From a virus (taxonomy: Duplodnaviria > Caudoviricetes): a stretch of DNA of 64,000 bases. Shown in pieces: positions 37,938-47,122 of the stretch. A model generated the notes under the pieces. It was given only the letters and a program-made list of their open reading frames with translations. It was not told the DNA's origin and made no database searches. The stretch's first letter is position 1. Each line of letters opens with the position of its first letter. The stretch is from positions 38,737 to 102,736 of the IMG/VR virus record IMGVR_UViG_3300037751_000591; one strand, 5' to 3'. A program made the position numbers and the translations under genes.

Positions 37938-38455
37938 TGGCAAGGCGTAGGGTTACTCGGCGGCGCGGCCGACAGGACATGATTCATCGCCTGTCGCTCG
38001 GGCTGCTCAAAGGAACGGGGGCATGGGGCGACCTTGTGGCGCAGCGAGCTTCCGACGGCGCGCCTGTGAAAACGGGCCGGCTGGCCCGCTCGATCCATCG
38101 CGACGTGCCCGAAGAAATCGCGCCCTTAGTCGTGTCCGTGTTGGTCGGGACCAACGTCGAGTATGCCCGAGCACATGAGCTTGGGTCGGGGCTGTACTCC
38201 GATCCTGAGTTCGGCGGAGTGCAGGAGAAGTACGAGATCAGGCCGGTGTTTGCAAAAGCGCTCGCTTTCGAGTGGCCGGGAGGCCCGAAGGACCATCCGG
38301 CCTACGATGCAGACAGCGGCCTGTTCTTTTTCGGCAAGGTCATGCACCCCGGTGTGCGGGCGCGGCCCTACCTGCGACCAGCGATTCATGCCAGCGCCGA
38401 AGACGGCAAGCGGCTGGTGTTCGATGCGGTGCTCGCCGAGTTGAGGCTGCAATGA
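37937..38455 (+). CDS. HK97 gp10-like neck protein
   Basis: APVKTGRLARSI, VGTNVEYARAHELG, ARPYLRPA. Confidence 0.85.
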   Translation: MARRRVTRRRGRQDMIHRLSLGLLKGTGAWGDLVAQRASDGAPVKTGRLARSIHRDVPEEIAPLVVSVLVGTNVEYARAHELGSGLYSDPEFGGVQEKYEIRPVFAKALAFEWPGGPKDHPAYDADSGLFFFGKVMHPGVRARPYLRPAIHASAEDGKRLVFDAVLAELRLQ

Positions 38456-38904
38456 TTGCCAACAACATCGTACAGGCCGCCATTGTTTCTTGGCTGCAGG
38501 CCGATGCGAACGTGATTGGGAGCCTGCCTGAGGCTGCCGTTGGCGTGAAAGAAGCACAGTATCAGGGGTCGGATTATAAGTATCCCGCGGTTCGGGTGCG
38601 TGTTGTGCGACAGACGCCCGACCCGACGAAAGAACAATGCGATCATGCCCGTTTTATCGGGTCGATTCGATGCTACGCGGAGGGACCATCGAGTCTGCCC
38701 GCCGACCGGCTTGCCGGCATCGTCAATGCCCGTTTGCATCGGGCGCAGATCGCCGGCGGCACGGTCGGAACCGACGCCTTCTACATCCCCCGTGTCTATT
38801 GCGAAGGACTGAGCGGTGCAATTCGCCTCAACGAACGGTTGTGGGTGTCGGAAGTGACGGTCGGGGGGAACGTGATCCCGAGCGACGATATGGGAGGTAG
38901 CTGA
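38452..38904 (+). CDS. Putative tail terminator protein
   Basis: Position after gp10-like gene; YPAVRV motif; 150 aa. Confidence 0.6.
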   Translation: MIANNIVQAAIVSWLQADANVIGSLPEAAVGVKEAQYQGSDYKYPAVRVRVVRQTPDPTKEQCDHARFIGSIRCYAEGPSSLPADRLAGIVNARLHRAQIAGGTVGTDAFYIPRVYCEGLSGAIRLNERLWVSEVTVGGNVIPSDDMGGS

Positions 38905-39302
38905 TGGCTAAGAAGAAATCGTCAGGCGGCTTGGCCCCCGAAAAACTCGGGGATGCCGAGGTTAAGCCTGAGGGCAAGGAAGAGGAAGGCGTCAGTTCGG
39001 GCGATTTTGTGGCCGAAGGCGGCGATGGCACAGAGGGCGCGGCTCTCACCTTCGCCGACCGGTTTGTAACTTCGCCCGAGCCGGAGTCCGAGGAATTGGA
39101 TGGCGAGGTGGTCATGGTGACTTGCCTTCGGCCGAGCAGGCTGATCGTGAAGAACGCGCCTAGCGGCACTCTGTACGTTTGGCCGGAGGCTGGCAGCACC
39201 ATCGCCGTCAAGATCGAGGACATCCCGTTCCTTGCTGAAAAGAACCACAAGGCACATGCCTGTTGCGGTTCTTCCGGCGAACGGCGCTACTTCGACATCT
39301 AA
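38904..39302 (+). CDS. Hypothetical virion-module protein with CCG motif
   Basis: GGAGG RBS; lies between the terminator and tail tube genes. Confidence 0.6.
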   Translation: MAKKKSSGGLAPEKLGDAEVKPEGKEEEGVSSGDFVAEGGDGTEGAALTFADRFVTSPEPESEELDGEVVMVTCLRPSRLIVKNAPSGTLYVWPEAGSTIAVKIEDIPFLAEKNHKAHACCGSSGERRYFDI

Positions 39303-39330
39303 GTAATCTCAGGCAAGGAGGGACAATCTG

Positions 39331-39960
39331 ATGGCACTGGTAACGGGTGCACCCGTTGGCAACGTAATCGATCAGGAAGAAATTTACATCGAAGGTGCGC
39401 CATGGGTCTACTATCAGGACGCGGACGCAAGCCTGCTGAACAACCCGGATGAAGACAACTTCTATTATGGGTTGTCGGGCACCACAGCCAATCCGGTCTA
39501 TTCGCTGGCCTGCTACGAAGATGTTTCGCTCGGCGAGGATGTGACCGTCAACGCGGTGCGCTGCGACAAGGTGGGCGATAAGGCCATCATTCAAAAGCGC
39601 AATCGTCTTGAGTTCAGTCTTGCGCTGTCGAGCATCTTTCCGCTGACGACGACGAAGGCTATCTTCAAGGGCGGCGCGGTTACGGAAAACGCGCCGTTTG
39701 AGAAGATGGGCCTTGGGCCGATCAACAACAACCTCTACTACCACGTCTATCTGCCCAAGGTTTACGACGAAGATGCTGGTGACTATGTTTCCATCACCAT
39801 CCATCGGGCGCAGTTCGTCGACGCCTTCGAGATCGCCATGGTATCGGGCAACAAGTGGATGATCGGCGGCATTACCATTGCTGGCTTGATTGATGAAACC
39901 AAGCCGTCCGACCAGCAGTTCGCCACTATCATCCGCTACGATCCGAGTGCGCTTCCTTAA
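39331..39960 (+). CDS. Major tail (tube) protein
   Basis: Position, size (209 aa), beta-rich sequence, strong AGGAGG RBS. Confidence 0.7.
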   Translation: MALVTGAPVGNVIDQEEIYIEGAPWVYYQDADASLLNNPDEDNFYYGLSGTTANPVYSLACYEDVSLGEDVTVNAVRCDKVGDKAIIQKRNRLEFSLALSSIFPLTTTKAIFKGGAVTENAPFEKMGLGPINNNLYYHVYLPKVYDEDAGDYVSITIHRAQFVDAFEIAMVSGNKWMIGGITIAGLIDETKPSDQQFATIIRYDPSALP

Positions 39961-39968
39961 GTCGGCGG

Positions 39969-40646
39969 ATGACCGACTCTATCCAAGTCGCCCTGAGTGG
40001 GCGCGAGTTCACCGTAGCTCGCGCCCGCCTTGGCGGCTATCTGGCCCTACAGGGGGCGCAGGAGCACATTGACCATGCCGTTCAAGCCCAAGACAACGGG
40101 CGTATAGCGGATGGCCTATTTCTGTACCTCCGAATCGCACTGGCTGACCTCGAGCGGGAGGCCTATGAGGCGCTTCCGTGGTTCGAGGTTTTGACCGCGT
40201 ACGACGCAATCAGCGCGCTCAACCGAATCCCCGAAGCCACGAAGTTTTCCATTCTGCGCAGGATTGAAGAACGCAAAGGCCGCTCGGTCGCGTGGCACTA
40301 TGTTGGCCGCAGCGCGGTCGTGTGGCTGCACATCATTGCCAGCACCTACCATTGGTCCAAGGCCGAAATCGAGTCGCTTTGGCCGGAAGATGCAATCGCA
40401 TTCATTCAAGAGATTATGGTCGACGAGCAGTTGGACCGCGAGTTCTTGCACAGCCTGAGCGAGGTCGCCTACCAGTACGACAAGGCCTCGAAGAAGTCCC
40501 GCTACAAGCCCATGAACCGCCCGCTGTTCATGGTGCTGCGCACCGATGAACCAAGGCGGACGCTATTGCACCGCGCCATGCTGCCGGTTGGCAAAGTGGT
40601 TTATCCCGATGACGCCGACCCGACCTTGAAGCCTGCCGATGAATAA
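39969..40646 (+). CDS. Putative tail assembly chaperone
   Basis: Between tail tube and tape measure genes; YHWSKAEIESL resembles chaperone C-termini. Confidence 0.55.
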   Translation: MTDSIQVALSGREFTVARARLGGYLALQGAQEHIDHAVQAQDNGRIADGLFLYLRIALADLEREAYEALPWFEVLTAYDAISALNRIPEATKFSILRRIEERKGRSVAWHYVGRSAVVWLHIIASTYHWSKAEIESLWPEDAIAFIQEIMVDEQLDREFLHSLSEVAYQYDKASKKSRYKPMNRPLFMVLRTDEPRRTLLHRAMLPVGKVVYPDDADPTLKPADE

Positions 40647-40989
40647 CGAGCTTGCGCCGATGAACATTCGCGAGGCCATTGAGACCATGAAGGTGCTGGC
40701 CCCCTACGCCGGCCATCTTCAAGGGCAGCTTACGCTCGGCGATGCGATCCGCAACCTTCTATCCGATGCGAGTGAGATTAACCCGGTGGACGTGCTGCGC
40801 TTGATAGCGTTGCTCTATCACAAGGACATCGAGGCAGTGGCCGACGAGTTCGCCGACAAAAGCGGGGGTGACTTGGTTGCAGCCTTGGCACATGCATTCG
40901 TGGTCAATCCGCTGCCCGATCTTGTCAATGCCGGCTATCGATTGCAGTTAATCGGGGTGGAATGGGAGTCTGATGGCCGAGCCAATTGA
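40639..40989 (+). CDS. Hypothetical protein (possible second tail chaperone)
   Basis: Coupled ORF immediately before the tape measure gene. Confidence 0.55.
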   Translation: MNNELAPMNIREAIETMKVLAPYAGHLQGQLTLGDAIRNLLSDASEINPVDVLRLIALLYHKDIEAVADEFADKSGGDLVAALAHAFVVNPLPDLVNAGYRLQLIGVEWESDGRAN

Positions 40990-43669
40990 AGAACTCGCCA
41001 TCCGGCTGGTCGCCGATGGCACCGACTTCCTTGAATTCATAGACGACGCGGTGACGCAGGCCGAAGAACGTTTAGAGGGCTTGCCCAATATCGTTGACGA
41101 GGCCATGAGCATCCTTGTAAGCATGGCGCAAGAGGCCGGGGTTCAACTCAATCAGACGGCACTGGCACAGTTCGAGAGCTTCTTTCAGGCCATCGTAGAC
41201 GGTGCAAACCGAGTGGCCGAAGAGGGGCCACAGGCCATCGAAGATGCCATTCAGGGCATTATTGCCGCAGGCACCGACCTCGGCTTCCAGTTCACGCCCG
41301 AGCAGGTGGGTGCGCTGGCCGAATATCTGTCGCACATCAGGGAAATTGGCGATGTGACGCCGGCTGCCGCCGCCGCCATCGATGAGTTTTTGGACGGGGT
41401 GGAAGGCCAGATCAACGCGACGAAAGAGGCCTCGGAGGCGGCGCAAGAACATGCCGAGGCGATGGATGATGAGGCCAAGTCCGGTAATGTTCTCGGCAAT
41501 GTCATCGGCAGGCTAGAGGCCGATTTCGGCAAGTTCTTCAAGCGCATCATAGCGGGCCTCGGCGTAATGGCCCTCTTGCGCAAGGCGATGCAATTCGTCA
41601 CCGAATCGGTTCAGGTTGCCCTAGCCAATCAGGAGGCAATGTTCAGGCTGGCGGCAGCGATCAACGCGCAACAGCGGGCGCAGGGCGAGAGCGCCGGCAC
41701 GATGCAAGAATGGATCGGTTTCGCTCGCCAGATCGTCGATGAGTTTGGCCGCCCGCTCGAACGCACCATGCTCGAAGTCGCCGCAGCCGTCAACCTTATG
41801 TCGATCAACCTGAATCTGTCTGGCGATGAAATGCAGGCGCTTATCCGCCACGGCACAGCGTTGGCGAACCTGCACGGCCAGAACATCGAGCCGACAGTCC
41901 GGCGATTTGTTCAATTCATTCAGGGCGGATACGTCGAAGGCTTGCGCGAGCTTGGCATAGTTATCAACGACACCGTGCTCAAGCAAACAGCACTCAGTCT
42001 CAATATCACAGACAACATGGACGCGTGGACCGCTGCAGAGGCGGAGCTGATCCGCTACACCGTTCTGTTAGAGCAGTCGGCCTTCGCGCTTGAAGGCGCA
42101 GCGGAACACACCGAAACCTTAGCTGGTAGGCAGGATCGCGCCAATCAAGCATTTGACCGGGCCAAGAACTTGCTCGGTCAGGCGCTGCTGCCGGCGTGGG
42201 TTCAGGTACAAGAGGTCATGGCGGCAGCTATTACGACGCTGACGCAAATCATCTTCCTCATTCAGGTCGGTCTTATCAATGCCTTCGCCGGCGCAAGCGC
42301 TGCCATCGCCGCCTACATGGTCTTCATGAACGATCTTATAAATGGGAACATGAACGTTGCCGATTCATTCGAGCATGCCGTTCAAGTGGCAAATGACACC
42401 ATGCAGGCGCTGCAGGCCGAAGGCTTCAAGAACCTGACGGGTGACATGGGTCAATTCGCCGATGTCGCCGAAGAAGAAATGGGCCGGGCAGCGACTGCCG
42501 CCGAGGAAATGGCGGCCAAAGTCGACGAGGCCATGGCGCGGGCGTCGGAGGCTATTGAAGACGCCATGCGCGATTGGGAGGCGGGGGTCGAAAAAGCACG
42601 CCAGCGCCTGTCGGATCGCCTTGAAGACATCGAGCGCGATTTCCAAGATCGCATCTTTGACCTCGAAGTGGACTTGCAGCGTGATCTGGCGGACATCGAC
42701 CGCGACGCCGCACAGGATCGCATTGAAACCATTATCGATGCTCAAGTCGAGGAAATCCGGCTGCGCGAGGATCACGCCCGCCGTATTCAGCAGCTTGAAA
42801 CCCGCTATCTATTCGATCTTGAAGATGCTGTTCGCGAGCGCGATGCCCGCCGAGTCCTTCAATTGCAGCGCCGCTTCAACATGGAGCGAGAAGAACTTGA
42901 AGACGAGTACGAGCTTGCCGAACGCCGCCGGAAGCAGGACTTGCAGCGTGAGCTTGCCGATATTGAGCGCCGCCGCCAGATTCGCCGGCAAGAGCGTATT
43001 CGGTCCTTCCAAGAAGAACTGGTCGACGCCGAACTCATGCGTCAGCGCAGGCGAGAAGATGCGCAGCGCGAGTTTGAGCGCGATCTTCGAGACCTACGCA
43101 TTCAAATCGAGCGCCGGCTGCGGTTGCAGGCCGAGGCAATCGCCGAGCAGCTTAAGTTGAACGCCGAGGGACTACAAGCCCTCTACAACCAACTCAATAA
43201 TGCCTATGGGCCGGGCGGATGGGTCGAGGCCTTTTATCGGCGGTATGCGCAGATTGTAAGTCAGGCGGCATCCGCCGTCGCCGCCGGCGGCGCGGTATTG
43301 GGTGCTGGAGTCGGTGCCAGCTACGGGGGGGCTGACCCCTACACAGGGCGTCGTGCTGGACAGTCGGTGCCACAACAGGGGTCTGGCTACCTCGGAGGCT
43401 ACCAGCGAGGCGGAACGCTCTACGCAACATCCCCGAGCATGTTCATGGCCGGCGAGGTTCCCGAGCGGATCGATGTCACGCCGCTGTCCAGAGGCGGCGC
43501 GGCCCGCGGCGGCGCGGCCGGGGGCGGCGGTCGGGCGGTGATTGAGGTCAAGGTAGACGCCAGCGAACGGCTGGTCGTCGAGGTTGCCGACTTCGTTGAA
43601 AACGACATGGCCGACGTTCTGATTAATGTCAACCGCGGGCAAGAGCAATCGCGAGGCGCTTTCCGATGA
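40973..43669 (+). CDS. Tape measure protein
   Basis: 898 aa; N-terminal EELAIRLVAD; Ala-rich helical body, hydrophobic segments, long charged coiled coil; C-terminal YQRGG...MAGE.PE. Confidence 0.85.
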   Translation: MAEPIEELAIRLVADGTDFLEFIDDAVTQAEERLEGLPNIVDEAMSILVSMAQEAGVQLNQTALAQFESFFQAIVDGANRVAEEGPQAIEDAIQGIIAAGTDLGFQFTPEQVGALAEYLSHIREIGDVTPAAAAAIDEFLDGVEGQINATKEASEAAQEHAEAMDDEAKSGNVLGNVIGRLEADFGKFFKRIIAGLGVMALLRKAMQFVTESVQVALANQEAMFRLAAAINAQQRAQGESAGTMQEWIGFARQIVDEFGRPLERTMLEVAAAVNLMSINLNLSGDEMQALIRHGTALANLHGQNIEPTVRRFVQFIQGGYVEGLRELGIVINDTVLKQTALSLNITDNMDAWTAAEAELIRYTVLLEQSAFALEGAAEHTETLAGRQDRANQAFDRAKNLLGQALLPAWVQVQEVMAAAITTLTQIIFLIQVGLINAFAGASAAIAAYMVFMNDLINGNMNVADSFEHAVQVANDTMQALQAEGFKNLTGDMGQFADVAEEEMGRAATAAEEMAAKVDEAMARASEAIEDAMRDWEAGVEKARQRLSDRLEDIERDFQDRIFDLEVDLQRDLADIDRDAAQDRIETIIDAQVEEIRLREDHARRIQQLETRYLFDLEDAVRERDARRVLQLQRRFNMEREELEDEYELAERRRKQDLQRELADIERRRQIRRQERIRSFQEELVDAELMRQRRREDAQREFERDLRDLRIQIERRLRLQAEAIAEQLKLNAEGLQALYNQLNNAYGPGGWVEAFYRRYAQIVSQAASAVAAGGAVLGAGVGASYGGADPYTGRRAGQSVPQQGSGYLGGYQRGGTLYATSPSMFMAGEVPERIDVTPLSRGGAARGGAAGGGGRAVIEVKVDASERLVVEVADFVENDMADVLINVNRGQEQSRGAFR

Positions 43670-44028
43670 CCGACATCCTGATCCAAGGACGCAAGTTCTG
43701 CCCCTCGAGCGTGCAGTGGATGCCAAGGCCCGCCATTGATATTCAGGGGGATTCAAGGCCGATTTATGGGCCAGTGCGCACGGTGCAGTTGCGGTGGGCA
43801 CTCACGACTTACGAAGAATGGGCCTCGATGCAGGACCTGTTCGACCTTGTGCAGTCAACCGGAACTGTTGTTGTGCAGCTACCTGCTTTCCCGACCATCA
43901 CCGGCAGCGCCATGTCCTACTCCGAGTACAGCGGCTGCATTCTCGGCGAGCCGCAGGTCGGACAGTTCTTCGCCGAGTCCTATCCCGAGTCGGTCGTTCT
44001 GGTCATAACCAACATCATTACGGACTGA
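43666..44028 (+). CDS. Putative distal tail protein
   Basis: Directly after the tape measure gene; 120 aa. Confidence 0.55.
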   Translation: MTDILIQGRKFCPSSVQWMPRPAIDIQGDSRPIYGPVRTVQLRWALTTYEEWASMQDLFDLVQSTGTVVVQLPAFPTITGSAMSYSEYSGCILGEPQVGQFFAESYPESVVLVITNIITD

Positions 44029-44029
44029 T

Positions 44030-47000
44030 ATGAGTCAACTGAGCGCCTCCCAACTCACTCGCCTGCGCACCCGACCGCACCGCACGGTCGCGTATCTGGC
44101 GATCTATGAGCCGACAACGGTTCTGGCGGCGCAGATTGATATGCCCGACATTGCCATGGGCGAGCGGGAAATCGACATTTCCATTATCGCTGGCGACCAC
44201 GTTGCTGTGCGCCGCGGCATGACCGTCTACATTGGCACGACGCCGGGCGGCAAGGATCGCGGGCGGCTGCGGGTTATTGACGCGGATGCAAGCTCGATCA
44301 CGTTTGCAGAAAATGCGATTTCATGGGTTGACGGCTGGTATCTGACGGTCGTGCGCTTCTTCGAGCCGTGGGCGGTGTTCCCGCGCATCGTGCTCGACGA
44401 CGACAATGTGCCCATCTTCTACAAGGACTTCGACATTCCTTATACGGATCAGAACCAGTACCTTGATCCGGTCGTGAACATGGGGCCGCACCATGCGGGA
44501 TTCCTTGTCACGGGGGCAATGTCGGTCTACTACTCATCGAGCGGGGCCTTCGACCCGACGGACTCAGACGATTTCGATGCACGGCCAACGGGGTTCCTGT
44601 GGGCCTTTGAAGGCGGCGATCCGACGGGTTCTACGCTGCCCGATCCGGGTTGGGTGCACTACACGGGGGCCGGCCACTTCACGACCGAGCTAAAGGCCAC
44701 AACCGAGTCCGGCAAAGAATACACTGGCTACCGCCACGTCATGGTCTACGATCGGCCGGACGCCGGCCCGAGCCGGCCCATCGTTCGATGGGGCGTCCGT
44801 TCCTTTGACGGCAGCCGCGATCAGGGCGGCTATAACCTGAGTCTGTTCGTGCGCGAGCGAGCCGATTTTTCTAAGGTCCGCGACGGCGCGCTGATCGTCA
44901 TATTCACTGAGACTTGGCAGGGCGGACAGCGGGTGTCGGTCGGCGGCAATGCCGAGAACCGCGGCGATATTCTGTTTGTCGGCTACATCGAAGAAGAATC
45001 GATCCTTCTCAACGCGATTACCAATCAGTTGGAGTTTCGCGTGCGCTCGGTGACAGGCATCATGGAAACCCTGTCCACGTACTCGGCCACGCTCGAATCC
45101 AAGACGAACGCCGTCACGTGGAACGAACTGCGCGACATGACGGTTGACAAGGCCATCATACACTTCTTGCGCTGGCACTCAACCATCCTGAGCATCGCCG
45201 ACTTTGCGCCGACGGCTGATACGAAGAGGGTTCAGTACATCGACTTCGGCCGCGGCAACCTTAAAGAAACGGTTTCCGAAATCTATGAGTCCACGATTGG
45301 GGCGCAGGCGGTTGCCGACCGGCAGGGCAAGATTTGGTCCGAGGTAGACGTTTCGCTCAGGCCAACGGGGTCGCGTGGGATTGATACGGTGCTGGCGCTG
45401 ACCGATCAGGACTGGCGTGGCGAGTTGACGGTCGAGTACACCGACCGCGACGAGCTTGCTTACCTTGAAATGGGCGGCATTGCTTACAGCGGGCCAACCA
45501 CGGGCACCTTCGACGCCTACCTTGCCGGCGCTCCGGGCGATGTGGCAGGCTATTTCGGCGGTGTCGAGCGCACATCTGGACTTGTCATTCTCGGCCAGAC
45601 GCCCCTCAACGAGTTCGTCGGGCTGGCCTTTGCTCGGGCGAACGCGGAGTTCCCTGAGGTCGTGGTTCCGATTGCCGGCGACTACCGAAACCTCGACATT
45701 GCGCCGCAAGAACGGTTGCTGCTGACGCTCGAAGAAGACGACACTTTCCGCGGCGTGGTGTGGAACGACAAGCCATTCATCCCGAGCGAGATTGCTTACG
45801 AGCCGAGACACGACGATCAGGTGCTGCTGATGGACGTGACCCTTCGGGAAGAAACCGAAGGGCCGCCGGGCACCAGAATAGAAATCCCTGTCGAGCCGCC
45901 ATGGGATACGGGATCGCTGCCGGACTTCGACATTCAATTCCCCCCGCTCATTCCGCTGCCGCCCATTCCACTGCCGACCGACGCTCCGCCGGGGCCGGGC
46001 GAAACGGTCTATCTGCTTTACAACGACTTCCTTGCGAGGACTCGAAACTTCTTTGATCCTTCGCCGACGTGGGAATTGATCGTCACGGATACCGACCTCG
46101 GGGCCAGCTTCTACGGCTTTATGGTTGACCCCCACGACCCGGCCAATGGTGCGATGATTTTAAGCAGGTCCACCAGTTCCCCGTCCGGGCCGAGGATTTT
46201 CCGAACGCAAACGCTGAACGCCGCCGTGCCCACGTGGACGGAAACATTCTCGTCTTATGTCGTCCCCTTATTGGGAACCAATACGAATCAGCGAAACCTG
46301 TTTCACCTAAAGCCGTTTATCGGTCGGCCCGGTGCATGGATCGCCTGTGGCATCGCGCAGCAGCTTGGCGGCGGGCAGCCGACGGCGCGGATCGTGCGAA
46401 CCGACAATTACGGGGCAACATGGCTGGAGTCCCATCAGGGGTGGTCGGCCGACAACGGCGGTGAAGGCATGACGGTTCAGCCGTCGAAGCATGGCGGCTA
46501 TACGGTTTATGTGGGCCAGACGGAGGGGGCAGAGCGCGTGCTACGCTCGGTTGATGGCGGCGTTGGCTGGCAAGTGGTTGATTCCGGCGTTGCTCGCCTG
46601 CTCATCGAGCTGCCGTTCGCCGGCAACGCTGGCGACCAGATTCTGTATGCATCGGAGGCCGGTGCGCCCAACAATCAAACGCGGACATTTAACAGTGGCT
46701 TCGATTGGGAGAACTTCGCCCTGTTTTGGAATGGTTTGCAATGGGCTGCCTTCGATCCGACAAACAACTTCTCTCAAAACAGGGAATCGATTGTCAATCA
46801 CCCGCAGAATGGTGTTGATTACGGCCTGCTGCGCAATGGAACCGCTGCGAGAACATTGTTCTGCAAGAAGGTGGGCGTTGGCGGCTCCCCGTGGCAGGTG
46901 CTTTGGGATTTCGGTGCTACCGTTTATCCGCTAGGCTTCCACCCTGCCGATGAAACCAAGTTCTATGGCATAGCGCAATCTGCGACCATCGGCACGGTCG

Positions 47001-47122
47001 TTGGCTCAGAAGATGGAGGACTCACTTGGTTCAACAAGACGGGAAACCTGCACACCGCCATTGGCATACCGTTCGCCAGTATGGCATCTAGGATTTGGTG
47101 CGGGCCGGCATGGGGAGCATAA
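44030..47122 (+). CDS. Tail tip/hub protein with PKD-like domain and C-terminal BNR (Asp-box) propeller
   Basis: WAFEGGDP...YTGAGHFT; Pro-rich linker; RTDNYGATW, RSVDGGVGW, SEDGGLTW. Confidence 0.75.
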   Translation: MSQLSASQLTRLRTRPHRTVAYLAIYEPTTVLAAQIDMPDIAMGEREIDISIIAGDHVAVRRGMTVYIGTTPGGKDRGRLRVIDADASSITFAENAISWVDGWYLTVVRFFEPWAVFPRIVLDDDNVPIFYKDFDIPYTDQNQYLDPVVNMGPHHAGFLVTGAMSVYYSSSGAFDPTDSDDFDARPTGFLWAFEGGDPTGSTLPDPGWVHYTGAGHFTTELKATTESGKEYTGYRHVMVYDRPDAGPSRPIVRWGVRSFDGSRDQGGYNLSLFVRERADFSKVRDGALIVIFTETWQGGQRVSVGGNAENRGDILFVGYIEEESILLNAITNQLEFRVRSVTGIMETLSTYSATLESKTNAVTWNELRDMTVDKAIIHFLRWHSTILSIADFAPTADTKRVQYIDFGRGNLKETVSEIYESTIGAQAVADRQGKIWSEVDVSLRPTGSRGIDTVLALTDQDWRGELTVEYTDRDELAYLEMGGIAYSGPTTGTFDAYLAGAPGDVAGYFGGVERTSGLVILGQTPLNEFVGLAFARANAEFPEVVVPIAGDYRNLDIAPQERLLLTLEEDDTFRGVVWNDKPFIPSEIAYEPRHDDQVLLMDVTLREETEGPPGTRIEIPVEPPWDTGSLPDFDIQFPPLIPLPPIPLPTDAPPGPGETVYLLYNDFLARTRNFFDPSPTWELIVTDTDLGASFYGFMVDPHDPANGAMILSRSTSSPSGPRIFRTQTLNAAVPTWTETFSSYVVPLLGTNTNQRNLFHLKPFIGRPGAWIACGIAQQLGGGQPTARIVRTDNYGATWLESHQGWSADNGGEGMTVQPSKHGGYTVYVGQTEGAERVLRSVDGGVGWQVVDSGVARLLIELPFAGNAGDQILYASEAGAPNNQTRTFNSGFDWENFALFWNGLQWAAFDPTNNFSQNRESIVNHPQNGVDYGLLRNGTAARTLFCKKVGVGGSPWQVLWDFGATVYPLGFHPADETKFYGIAQSATIGTVVGSEDGGLTWFNKTGNLHTAIGIPFASMASRIWCGPAWGA

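Noticed and set aside
39969-40989. Programmed frameshift in the tail chaperone genes
   Set aside because: No convincing slippery heptamer was identified by eye; the two ORFs have separate overlapping starts.
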